Shown: piece after piece, positions 16,829-27,500 of the stretch
Layout: each line of letters begins with the position of its first letter
How positions within the stretch are numbered: the first letter of the stretch is position 1
DNA from: a virus
Strand: one strand, 5' to 3'
Virus genome (UHGV): UHGV-0866312
DNA: 56,697 nucleotides
Program-made: the position numbers and the translations under genes
Notes under the pieces: model-generated
Told to the model about the DNA's origin: nothing
Databases searched by the model: none
The model's input: the letters and a program-made list of their open reading frames with translations, nothing else

Positions 16829-17678
16829 CCTTACTGAATTACACTTATATTGTAATATAAATAGCTTTGTACAAATGTTAGTATTTCCCCTAGATGTAAA
16901 ATGGATTAATCAGCCACCTATTTACACACATTCTCTTATAGAATACAAACTTACAAAGTTACCAGATACATGGATATGCAATGCTACAGCATACCCAGTC
17001 AGCCCAAAATTAGTTGAAAATGGTATAAAGTTTAATTACAATGCTGATGGTATATCTGGTGAAAATTGGTATGACACTGACAATAAATCTTATTGGTATA
17101 GCACTATAAGTGGTGTAACAATAGATGAATACCTAAATGGATTTAGGCTAATACAAAGGACTACAATATCAAATACATGGATAAGAATGCCTAAACAGCC
17201 TATCACATTAGAAATGTATTTACTTTTAGAAAGTGTAAAAGAGGGTGTAAAAGTACCTTTATTTACAAATTACAGCAGTGATACTTATTTATTTGTGATA
17301 AATATTTCTGGTGGCTTTGTTTATTTCTACTATAAAAATAATGCTGGTAGCACTACTTTTAGCTATGTTACCCTTTGCCCAGTTAGTAAGCTTACAGATG
17401 GTAATATGCATCACTTTGCATTAGTAGTGAATGAGAATAAAGAGATTAATTTTTACCTAGATGGTATATTGCAAGTCAGTGTAGTAGCAAGTGATTATAA
17501 TATTACTGATACTGCTACAGGAAATGGTCAATTTAAATTAGGAGCATCCACAGATAATGGCAATACCATCTATGATGTTGCTGGATGTATATATAATTTA
17601 AAATTATATTATAGGACATTATCACAAGAAGAAATACAAACAAACTATCTATATGAGGCATCAAAGGAATGGAGATAG
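16121..17678 (+). CDS. putative +1 frameshift fusion: tail protein + C-terminal LamG/ConA-like lectin domain
   Basis: The downstream ORF in the +1 frame has no RBS or plausible start; its in-frame first ATG gives a hydrophobic non-protein-like N-terminus. CCC_UAA lies at the overlap, and the C-terminal region has LamG-like features (FALVVNENKEINFYLDG). Confidence 0.45.
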
Positions 17679-17761
17679 TTAAAAACTATTAGAGGGCAGA
17701 AATGCCCTTTATTTTTATGCCTTTTACTGGGTCATTTATTGACTATGTAGGAGGTGAGTAC

Positions 17762-20671
17762 ATGGCTGGAATTGGAGAAATTAAAGCTAAGATTTCTATA
17801 GATTTAAGTGGCTTAAAGAAAGGACTACAAGAAGTAGGTAGCAGTATAGCTAGTGCTACAAACAATATTAAGGGTATGACTACTACACTTAATCAAGTAG
17901 AAACTAGAGCAGAGCATACAGGTACTAGCATTAGAGGTATTGGTGATGATGCTAATACAGGTGCTAATAATACTAGGTCAGCATTAAGTAGGATAGAAAC
18001 TGCTTTTGGTGGCATTAAGTCAGCTTGTAGCAATGCTGGTACAAAGATTAAAGAGACTTTTAAGAGCAGTCAAAAGTCTATTAAGGAATTTACTGATAAG
18101 CTGGATGAGACTGGTGATAAGCTTAGTGAGTTAGGTGATAGCATAACCCCTATAACTACTGCATTAGCTGGCTTTGCTATTGCTGGTGTAGGTGCTAGTG
18201 AGAATATAGATAATGCATTAAAGAATGTAAATACACAATTAGGGCTTACAGGTGATAATGCTGATGCATTAAAAGAGAATATCAGCAATGTAGCTAAGAC
18301 AGGTGTAGGTGGCTTTGATGAGGTAGCTGAAAGCCTAGTTATTGTTAAAAAGAATTTCAAGGACTTAGATGGTAAAGAGTTAGAAGATATGACCATTAAG
18401 GCTATGCATTTAGCTGATGTTACTGGGTCAGATGTAAATGAGACAATGAGAACAGCATCACAGTTAGCTAATAACTTTGGTATATCTGGTGATAAGGCAA
18501 TGGACTTAATCACTAAAGGCTTTCAAAATGGCTTAAATAATGCTGATGACTTTAATGACACCATTAAGGAATATTCACAGGATTTTAAGGGGCTAGGATT
18601 TACCAGTGAGGAATTTTTCAGCATCCTTGATAATGGCTTAAAAAATGGTGCTATGAATACTGATGTAGTAGCTGATGCATGGAGAGAATTTGGTATTAAA
18701 GTTAGAGAGGGAGAGGACACAGTAGGGGAGGCATTTAAGACTGCTGGTGTCAACTACAATGATTTTATTACTGAATTTAATAAGGGTGGAGAAAGTAGCC
18801 AGCAAGCAATACAAGGACTTGTAGAGAAAGTAATGGCTATTGAAGACCCTATTAAAAGACAGCAAACAGCAGTAGCTATCTGGGGTACTAAAGTTGAGGA
18901 TATGGGATTAGGTGTTATTGATGTATTTGATGGTGTAGGTAATAAATATGATGATGTTGCTGGTAGTGCTGAAAAGTTAGCTAAAGATAATGAAAGCTTT
19001 ACACAAAGGATGCAAGGTGCATGGAATACATTACAAGAGGCTATTAAGCCTGTAGGTGATGTAATTAAAAACATGATAGCTGGTGCTGTAGAGGCTATAG
19101 TACCAATAGTAGAAAAGCTGGGTACTGCTTTTGCTAACCTACCAGCACCTATACAAAATGCTATTGTAATTATTGGTGGTGTCATTGCTGGTATAGCCCC
19201 TGTATTACTGGGTGTAGCTGGTGGTGTTAAGTTATTTAGTGGTGTACTAAAAACATTATCACCTGTTATCAGTGGTATAAAGGCTGGCTTTACTGGATTA
19301 GCTACAGCTATAGGTGGAATTTCAGCACCAGTATTAGCAGTAGTAGCAGTCATAGCAGTATTAGTAGGTGCTTTTATATATGCATGGAATAATGTTGATG
19401 GCTTTAAAGAGGGTGTCATAAATGCATGGAATGTCATTAAGGATGCTGTCACAACTGCTGTACAGGCTGTGTGGTCAACTATTCAAGATGTTTGGTCAGC
19501 TATAAAGCCTTATGTAATGGACACTTTTAACTCTATAAAGGAAATAATATCATCAGTATTTACTACTGTGGTAACTGTAGTAACTACTGTAGTAACTGCT
19601 GTATGGAATGTAATACAAACTGTGTGGGGCTTAATTCAGCCTTATATAACAACTATCTTTACTGGTGTATTCACTGTAATTAGTGGTATCTGGCAAACTA
19701 TTTCTAGTTTTATTTCTGGGATAATGAATGTCATCAAAGATATTTTTACAGGTAACTGGGATGCTATTGGTGGTCACATTAAAGAGGCTTGTAGTGGTAT
19801 CTGGGAGGGCATACAAACTATCTGGGATGGTATTAAAACTTACTTATCTGGTATGATGGGTGCTTTAGGTGATTTAATAAAAGCTGGATGGCAAGTAGTT
19901 AAATCAGTTACAACAAGTATCTTAAATGTTGTTAAATCAGTAATTAGTAGTATTTGGAATAGTATTAAATCAGTAATTAGCAATGTCTTAAATGCTATTA
20001 AGTCAGTGATAAGCAGTGTGTGGAATGGTATTAAGTCTACTATCACAAGCATTTTAAATGGTATTAAGTCTACAGCATCTAGTATATGGAATGGTATTAA
20101 GTCTACTATTAGCAGTATAGTAAATGGTATCAGCAGTACAGTATCTAGTGTATTCAATGGCATTAAGTCTACTGCTACATCTATCTGGAATGGTATTAAA
20201 TCAGCTATTACCAGCCCTATAGAAAGTGCAAAAAGTACAGTATTAGGCATTGTAGATAATATTAAAAGTGCTTTTAATAACATGAAAATCAGCATACCAA
20301 AGCCTAAATTACCACATATCAGTGTAGGTAGTAAATCATTCTTAGGTGGTAAGGTGTCTATACCTACATTCTCTATTGACTGGTATAAAACTGGTGGTAT
20401 AGCTACTGGTGCTAGTGTAGTAGGTGTAGGTGAGAAAGGTGATGAGGCTATAGTACCTTTGAGTGATAAGCATAGAATGAAACCTTTTGCAAGTGCTGTA
20501 GCTGATATGATACAAGAGCATGATGGTGGTAATGATGGTGATGGTGGCAAAGTTGAAAATAACTTTAATATAAGCAGTTTGGTAGTAAGGGAAGAGGCTG
20601 ACATAGATAGAATAGCAGAAAAATTAGAAACCCTACAAAGGAGAGAAAAGAGAAAAAGGGGGTTAAAGTAA
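17762..20671 (+). CDS. tail tape measure protein
   Basis: About 970 aa, Gly/Ala/Ser-rich with TM-like stretches and about 9 tandem 11-aa repeats (WNGIKSxISSI). AGGAGGTG RBS before ATG 17762. Confidence 0.85.
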   Translation: MAGIGEIKAKISIDLSGLKKGLQEVGSSIASATNNIKGMTTTLNQVETRAEHTGTSIRGIGDDANTGANNTRSALSRIETAFGGIKSACSNAGTKIKETFKSSQKSIKEFTDKLDETGDKLSELGDSITPITTALAGFAIAGVGASENIDNALKNVNTQLGLTGDNADALKENISNVAKTGVGGFDEVAESLVIVKKNFKDLDGKELEDMTIKAMHLADVTGSDVNETMRTASQLANNFGISGDKAMDLITKGFQNGLNNADDFNDTIKEYSQDFKGLGFTSEEFFSILDNGLKNGAMNTDVVADAWREFGIKVREGEDTVGEAFKTAGVNYNDFITEFNKGGESSQQAIQGLVEKVMAIEDPIKRQQTAVAIWGTKVEDMGLGVIDVFDGVGNKYDDVAGSAEKLAKDNESFTQRMQGAWNTLQEAIKPVGDVIKNMIAGAVEAIVPIVEKLGTAFANLPAPIQNAIVIIGGVIAGIAPVLLGVAGGVKLFSGVLKTLSPVISGIKAGFTGLATAIGGISAPVLAVVAVIAVLVGAFIYAWNNVDGFKEGVINAWNVIKDAVTTAVQAVWSTIQDVWSAIKPYVMDTFNSIKEIISSVFTTVVTVVTTVVTAVWNVIQTVWGLIQPYITTIFTGVFTVISGIWQTISSFISGIMNVIKDIFTGNWDAIGGHIKEACSGIWEGIQTIWDGIKTYLSGMMGALGDLIKAGWQVVKSVTTSILNVVKSVISSIWNSIKSVISNVLNAIKSVISSVWNGIKSTITSILNGIKSTASSIWNGIKSTISSIVNGISSTVSSVFNGIKSTATSIWNGIKSAITSPIESAKSTVLGIVDNIKSAFNNMKISIPKPKLPHISVGSKSFLGGKVSIPTFSIDWYKTGGIATGASVVGVGEKGDEAIVPLSDKHRMKPFASAVADMIQEHDGGNDGDGGKVENNFNISSLVVREEADIDRIAEKLETLQRREKRKRGLK
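19900..20215 (+). repeat. 33-bp (11-aa) tandem repeats within the tape measure gene
   Basis: Repeating ...IKSVISSIWNSIKSVISNVLNAIKSVISSVWNGIKST... Confidence 0.7.
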
Positions 20672-20672
20672 T

Positions 20673-21467
20673 ATGAGTTTTTTATTAAAGTTTAACAATG
20701 TTGAGATACCTAGTTTTGTAAGGGTGCTTAGTGTAAATACTAGCATCCTACCAGCTATTACACATAGAAAGGCTGTAATACCTAACCATTTTGGTAATGT
20801 GGATGGTGGTGTAGAATTTGGGTCAAAAGCATTTAATATAAAAATATTGATAATAAAAGATAGCAAGAATGATGATGAATATTATACAAGAGAATTAGCA
20901 AAATGGTTAAGGGGTGACAATTTTAATATCAGTAAGCTAGAGTTAGATGATACTGGAAAATACTATAAGGCTAGATGTACTGATGCTGTAGATGTAGATG
21001 ACCTAGTAATGTATGGTACTGGTACTTTAGTATTTACAGCCAGTGACCCTAGAAGATATAACAATGTAGTTACTAAGCAAACTATATATTCAACTGGTCA
21101 GACTAATGGTAATACATCTATTGATGAGGTAGCAAATTCAATTACCTTTAAATACACTTATACTGGTGATATAAATGCATTACCTAAATATACTATTACT
21201 TTTGATAACACATGCACTAATGTTAAGATAGCTAATACTACACTAGGATTAACCAGCAATATTACAAATAGCTTTAAGGCTGGGGATGTATTAATAGTAG
21301 ATAACATTACTAAGAAAATAAGGCTAAATGATGCAGATGCTATGGAATTATTTAATATAGATGGTGACTTTACAAAGATACAAGAGGGTAAAAATGAAAT
21401 AGTCTTTACCTTTACTGGTAACTTACCAAAGTCAATAGTAATGGAATATATAGCAGTATACTTTTAA
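20673..21467 (+). CDS. distal tail protein (Dit)
   Basis: 264 aa immediately after the TMP gene, with the start overlapping the TMP stop. Confidence 0.6.
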   Translation: MSFLLKFNNVEIPSFVRVLSVNTSILPAITHRKAVIPNHFGNVDGGVEFGSKAFNIKILIIKDSKNDDEYYTRELAKWLRGDNFNISKLELDDTGKYYKARCTDAVDVDDLVMYGTGTLVFTASDPRRYNNVVTKQTIYSTGQTNGNTSIDEVANSITFKYTYTGDINALPKYTITFDNTCTNVKIANTTLGLTSNITNSFKAGDVLIVDNITKKIRLNDADAMELFNIDGDFTKIQEGKNEIVFTFTGNLPKSIVMEYIAVYF

Positions 21468-21573
21468 GTCACAGTTAAACACTGTGGCTTTTTTATTTAG
21501 TGACCTTAAAAATGCCAGTTTAAAAGAGTAATTAAAAGACTAAAAGGAGTGAAGAAATAAGGAGGGTATAAGT

Positions 21574-24500
21574 ATGTTTTATTTATATGAGGGTGGTGGA
21601 AATAAACCAAAATTATTAGGTGTCCTAGATACTGATGTAGATAGTACAGAAAGCTGTTTAGTATTGTCAGCAATAGCAAAGCACAAAGTAAATAGTATTT
21701 CTACTTTAGACATTGCTATACCAGCAGACCACAGCTTAAATAGCTTAATTACTGATACTACAGATATAGTATTCTTTGACACTTATGGTGAGCCACAAGA
21801 GTACCATATTACAGAGATTGAGGATATACATGATGATAGCCTAGACAGGTATTTATATTGTGAACATTCAGCAATAGAATTAAATGACAGTATCATTACA
21901 GAAACTATGAGCAATGCCAGCAGTGGTGACCCAGCAGACTATTTAGCATTTATCTTATCATTTACAAGATGGCAAGTAGGTACAGTGGATGAGGGTGTAT
22001 ATAACTCTAAGTGGAATGGTATAAATGACCTTGTAGGTAAAAATTGTATGGTAGCTTTGGGTGAGTTTATCAGCAAGTATAACTGTGAGGTATCTTATAG
22101 ATTTACTATTAAAGATAATGTTATTACTGGTAGATATGTTGATATTAAAAAGCAAGTAGGTAATGACTATGGTAAAAGATTTAGCTATGAAAAGGACATT
22201 AATTCATTAAAAAGGACTGTAGATGCTAGTGGTGTTAAAACTGCTATTTTCCCTAGAATTGCTGTAAATAATTCTAGTGAGGAAAGTGGAGAAAGTAGCA
22301 CATCATATATTACTATAGCTAATGTAACATGGAATACTGCAAATGGTAACCCAGTTAATAAGCCTTTAGGTGATGTTATCCTAGTTAATTCTGATATTTC
22401 CTATAAGTATCAAAGATTAGATAAAGCTACAGGTAAATTAATTCACAGGGTTATGTATGCAGAATGGACACAGGAAACTGCTACAGATGCAAATGATTTA
22501 ATTAATCAAGCATGGTTAATCCTAAGAGCAAACAGCACACCTAAAATAAACTATGAATGTAATGCCAGTGACTTATATTTATTGAGTGGTAAAGATGTTA
22601 ATTTATCACATGAGCATGTAAAGCTAGGTGACAGGGCTGTAATTCTTGATAAAGCTTTTAAACCAGAGATAAGAGTTAAGAGTAGAATAATGGAAATGAC
22701 AGAGGATTTATTAGACCCTACTGCTAATAATTTTGTTTTTGGTAATACAAAAGCTACTTTAAGTACATCTAGTGTAGACCAGCAACAAAGCTTAGAGGAA
22801 CAATTACACCAATTAGAGAACAAATTACCAGAGTACACATTACCTTTCCAAAATGGTAAGCCTTACTATGATGCTATCAAGCAAGAGTTAAAAGATGAAT
22901 TTGTTACATCTAGTGGCTATGTAATGATAGAGAATGATAATGGACTTTGGGTATTTGATAGACCAGCAGATTTACAACCTACAAAAGCTGTAATTGTTAA
23001 GGGTGGTAATATTGGTTTAGCTAAATGGAATACACAAACATCTAGCTGGGAATTAGGTACTTTTATTAATGGTACTAGTGTTAATGCTGACTTTATCACT
23101 ACAGGTCATTTAAGTGGTGATGTTATTGAGGGTCACAGCATCACAGCAGACCATTTAACTGTAGAGGCAATAGAATTTATTAAGACTGGTTTAGCTAGTG
23201 AGGATGACTTAAATAAGGCTGTAGAGGATATTACAAAGGTTAAGGATGATATTACTGGTATTAATAATGAAATTACTAATATTAATAAGACTATTGATGA
23301 GGCTATAAAAGGTACACTAGATGCTAGTAAATTGAATATCATTAATAATAACTTATTATTGTTAGATGCAGAGTATAACAATTTAATAGCTAGAGCAAAC
23401 AGTGTATATAATAATCAGTATTTAATAGGACAAAATAAGGTAGATTTAGACACAGCTAGAACAGCTTACAAAACTGCTTACACTGAATACACAACTTATG
23501 TAAATACTATTATTGCTGATAAGTTAGTAACTGATGCAGAATACACAGAATATGTACAAAAAACTACTACTTATAATACTGCTTTAGTGGCTATTAATAC
23601 TGCTATTGAAGATGCTAACACTGATATTATCAATAATGTATATGCACAAGCTAGACAGGGGCTAGTAACTACAGCAGATTTAGAGGTAAATAATCAAAGT
23701 GTAATTGCTAGTGCTAAGTTAGGTATGGTTAGTACAGGTGATATGACAGAGGCTATACAAATGGCTACAAAGGATTTAGTAGCTACTGGTGAATTACAAG
23801 AAATTATAGATAAGGCTACTAGTGATTTAACTACTACAGATGAATTAACAGCAGAAATTACAAAGGCTAAAATAGCATCAATACAAGAAACATTTAAGCC
23901 TATCACTACAGAGTATAAAGGGAATTTACAACAAGCAAATACCATTTATGCAAATGCTAATTTAACTGGTACAGCTAAGACAAATTTGAATACTGCTAAG
24001 ACTGATTACACAAGCAAGTATAATGCTTTAGCTACAGCTATCAAGAATATTGTAGATAATAATTCAATAGCAGAGACTTATATGACAGCTTATAATACTG
24101 CTTTAGCTAATTTACAAACAGCTACTACTACTTTAGGTCAAAGACTACAAGAGGCAATAGCAAGTATTAACAATGCTATTTACAGCAATGCTAAAAATTA
24201 TGCAGATGGATTAAAGACTACAATAGATGCCAGCATTAAAGATGTAGCAGATAGTGTAGGTGGATTAAGGGAAGAGGTTACCACTTCTTTTAAAGATGGT
24301 ATCATTTCACAAGCAGAGACAATAGCTTTACAAAAGCAAATAGATTTACTTACTAAGGAAAAGAATAGTATAGATACAGAGTTTACTACTGTTTATGAAA
24401 ATACTGACTTGACTGGTACACCTAAGACTGATTTAAATACTAAGAAAACTGCTTATAATACAGCACACACTAATTTAATAACAGCTATCAATACTGCTAT

Positions 24501-27500
24501 TAAAGATAATAGTATTACTAGTGATGAGAGCAATGATGTAAATGCTAAATTTACTGCATATTGTTCAGCTTTATGTGAGGTTAAATGTGCTTTACAAACT
24601 GCTATAGATGCCATTGCTGATGCTAAAAGTAATGGTGCTTATACTAATGCTAAAAAATATGCTGATGGATTAAAAACTACTACAGATAAAAGTATCAGTG
24701 ATGTTAATAGTGCTGTAGGTACTTTAAGAAAGGATGTAACTACTACTATTAAAGATGGCATAGTATCAGAGGCAGAGGCTTTAGCAATTAAGTCTAATAT
24801 TCAAGTATTAAACAGTGAGAAAGCTGATATTGATAAAGAATTTACTACTATCTATGCAAATGGTAATTTAACTGGTACAGCTAAAACAGACCTTAACAGT
24901 AAAAAGACAGCTTATAATACAGCACACACAAATTTAATAAATAGTATTAACAATGCTACTGCTGATGGTAAAGTAACTACTACTGAAAAGGCTGATATAG
25001 ATAGCAAGTTTACTGCTTATAGCACTGCTTTAGCTAACTATAAAGGTGCTTTACAAACTGCTATAGATAATATTGCTAGTAATAAAAGTAATACTGTTTA
25101 CACTAATGCTAAGAAGTATGCAGATGATTTAAAAACTGCTACAGACAAAAGCATAAGTGATGTTAATAGTGCTGTAGGTACTCTAAGGAAAGATGTTACT
25201 ACTAGTATTAAAGATGGTATTGTATCAAATGCAGAGGCATTGTCTATAAAGAGTAATATAGATGTTTTAAACATGGAGAAAGCTGATGTAGATAAGGAAT
25301 ACACTACTTTGTATGCTAATGCTAACTTGACTGGTACACCTAAAACAGAATTATCATCTAAGAAAACTGCTTATAATACAGCACATACAAATTTAATAAA
25401 TAGTATCAATAATGCTGTTAAAGATAATGTAGTTACTACTGCTGAAAAGACAGATATAAATAGTAAAATGACTGCTTATTCTACTGCTTTAGGTAACTAC
25501 AGGGTAGCTGTACAAAATGCTATTGATGCTATAGCTAGTAATAGGGCTAATAGTGCTGTAAATAATCTTATTGTAGGTGCAAGAAATTTAGCATTAAAGA
25601 CTAGTAATGACTGGGTATCATTTACTAACTTTACTGGTATAACTAATGACTGTAGAGGTGGTTATACTGTTTTAACTGATGGATTAAATGTAGGTGATAG
25701 CATCACTATTACCTTTGAGTATAAGTTAGAAAATATGACTTATTCTACTGCTGGTAATATAAGATTTTATCTACAAGGTAGTGGGGATGTTACAGCATGG
25801 AATAGTGGTAGTTTTCCATCATCACCAGTACCTAGTATGGTAGCTAATGCTACTGGTACAGTAAGCTACACAGCTAAAATAACTGCTGACCATTTAAAAA
25901 ATAGTAGCTGGGGTACAAACTTTAGAACAGATTACATTACTGGGGGTAAAATTTCAGTAAGAAGAGTAAGAGTTACAAAGGGTAATAAGCAAATTGACTG
26001 GACACCAGCACCAGAGGACACTACAAGTGCTATTAACAATGCTGTAAAAGATTTAGCTAGTCTAAATGATGTAACTACAGCCCAAAATAATGCAGTTATA
26101 AAAGCAAATATTGAGGCTATTAAACAGACTTATTCTGCTGTTAAGACTGAATATAACAATAACTTACAACAAGCCACAACAACTTACAATAACAGTTACC
26201 TAGCTGGTACTGCTAAAAGTTATCTTAATAGTGCTATTACTGGGTATAAAGAAAAATTTAGTGCTGTTACTACTGCTTACAATAATATTGTTACTGATAA
26301 TACACTATCATCTAGTGAGTTATCAGCATGGAATACAGCTATAACAAACTTACAAAGCTATACTACTACACTAGCTTTAAGATTATCAGAGGCTATAAAC
26401 TATATTAATACTGCTGTGTATAATGCTAGTAAAAAATATACTGATGAAACTATTCCAGATAAATTGACTGGATATGCTAAAACTAGCTATGTAGATGATG
26501 CAAAGGCACAAGCTATTAAAGATGCAAAAGCTGGCATGGTATCTACTAGTGATTTACAAGTAAATAATAGTGAGATACTAATGACTACATCTAAGATGGG
26601 TCAGTACAATATGCTTAAAAATACAGACTATAGAAATGGTACAGACCATTGGAGTAAATATAGTGTACCTAGTGGAGTAAACTGGGATATAGTAACTGAT
26701 ACTGATGCCTGTGTTATTGCTGGTGAAAAAGCTTTTAGAGTAGGCTTTACATCAAGCACAGCAAATAAATATGTAAGTTATGGTATGTCACAAACAGTAG
26801 CATTAAAGGCTGGTGTATCTTACACATTAAGCTACTGGTTAAATACTCTTAATGCTGAAGCAAGGGTTAGTATTTTTAACCCACCTTTTAGTAGTGAAAT
26901 AGCATCTAAGACATATGGTGCTACTAATGGTAACAACAAAAGGGAGACACACAAGTATGACAGCATAACATTTACACCTACTATATCTGGTAGCTATCAC
27001 ATTGTATTTACTATCAATAAGGCTATTAATGCTAGCTGGGCTGGTATATTTGTAACTAAGCCTATGCTATGTACTGGTATCAATGCACAAGCATGGACAG
27101 GTCACCCAGATGAGATATATGTAGGGGTAGTTAGTATTACAGAGGAACATGGTATTAAGGTAGAGCATAGTGATGCAAATACCTACAGTAGTTTAGATGC
27201 TACTGGCTTAAAGATTTGGGAATATAACAATGATAACCCTGTGGCATCTTTTGGTGATGGTAATACTGCTTATATAAGCACTGTTAATACAAAGAAATTA
27301 ATTGCTGATAATGTTACACCTACAATAACAGTAGATGGTAACTATTCTTATTACTTTAGCAATACTGGTAGTGGTGACTATTCTGGTAAAGATAGTAGTA
27401 ACTGCTGTGCTGGGTTTACAGGTGCTATGGCTAGAATGTGTGATGATTTTGGTATAGATAGGACACACACAAAGGGTAATTTTTTCATGCAAGGTAATGG

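Noticed and set aside
17702-20671. Long minus-strand ORFs inside the tape measure gene (18754-19452 and 19840-20604, 232 and 254 aa)
   Set aside because: They lie fully within the strongly supported plus-strand TMP gene and within its low-complexity repeat region. Their amino-acid composition is Ser/Thr/Pro/Leu junk, and they have no RBS. All other minus-strand ORFs in the track are likewise embedded in plus-strand genes.
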